64,000 nt of DNA from an uncultured Chloroflexia bacterium (GTDB lineage: Bacteria > Chloroflexota > Limnocylindria > Limnocylindrales > CSP1-4): NCBI GenBank assembly GCA_963699965.1, contig CAVOVX010000006.1, forward strand, positions 159,315-223,314, read 5' to 3'. Every line of letters starts with the position of its first letter. Positions within the stretch are counted from its first letter, which is position 1. The translations under genes and the position numbers were made by a program. A model generated the notes under the pieces. It had not been told where the DNA came from. It worked only from the letters and a program-made list of their open reading frames with translations, and did not search any database. Below, piece after piece: positions 63,968-64,000 of the stretch.

Positions 63968-64000
63968 GTCGATCCAGCGGCGGGCTCGGCGACGATGCCG
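63964..64000 (-). CDS. 3' end of an upstream gene (probably the cognate ABC ATPase), truncated by the window edge
   Basis: Only 12 codons are visible (...GIVAEPAAGST*). The call rests on the GTGA start/stop overlap with the permease. Confidence 0.3.
   Translation of the reverse strand, partial: GIVAEPAAGST

Overview
Very GC-rich bacterial chromosomal window. Gene content looks Actinomycetota/Chloroflexota-like (F420-type LLM and DDN oxidoreductases, PAC2, MshD-like double GNAT, GerW, SpoIID, class II RNR). I count about 60 protein-coding genes on both strands. By eye there is no rRNA, tRNA, CRISPR array, transposase or prophage.

Landmarks:
1. Four class III adenylate/guanylate cyclase-domain receptor proteins lie in the first 16 kb. 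Two of them are tandem paralogs that share a near-identical 0.7 kb 5' segment but have diverged beta-propeller ectodomains.
2. A roughly 1 kb non-coding spacer upstream of nrdJ carries three short-repeat families, a phased array of DnaA-box-like 9-mers, tandem NrdR-box-like palindromes and a good sigma70-type promoter.
3. nrdJ is interrupted by a 398-aa LAGLIDADG intein inserted at an active-site cysteine.
4. Unusual architectures include an ANT(2'')-like nucleotidyltransferase fused in frame to a GNAT, a GreA with a 250-aa N-terminal extension, an overlapping HipA-like kinase/DUF3037 pair, a secreted acidic 12-aa-repeat protein divergent from a two-component system, and a 956-aa secreted protein with a gingipain/caspase-like His/Cys N-terminal module plus Ig-like repeats.
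5. About 20 single-base frame disruptions and one in-frame TGA affect otherwise well-conserved genes. This means either an indel-prone assembly or very recent pseudogenisation. I cannot tell which from the sequence alone.

Many of the long ORFs in the supplied track are antisense shadow ORFs typical of high-GC DNA and were not called.
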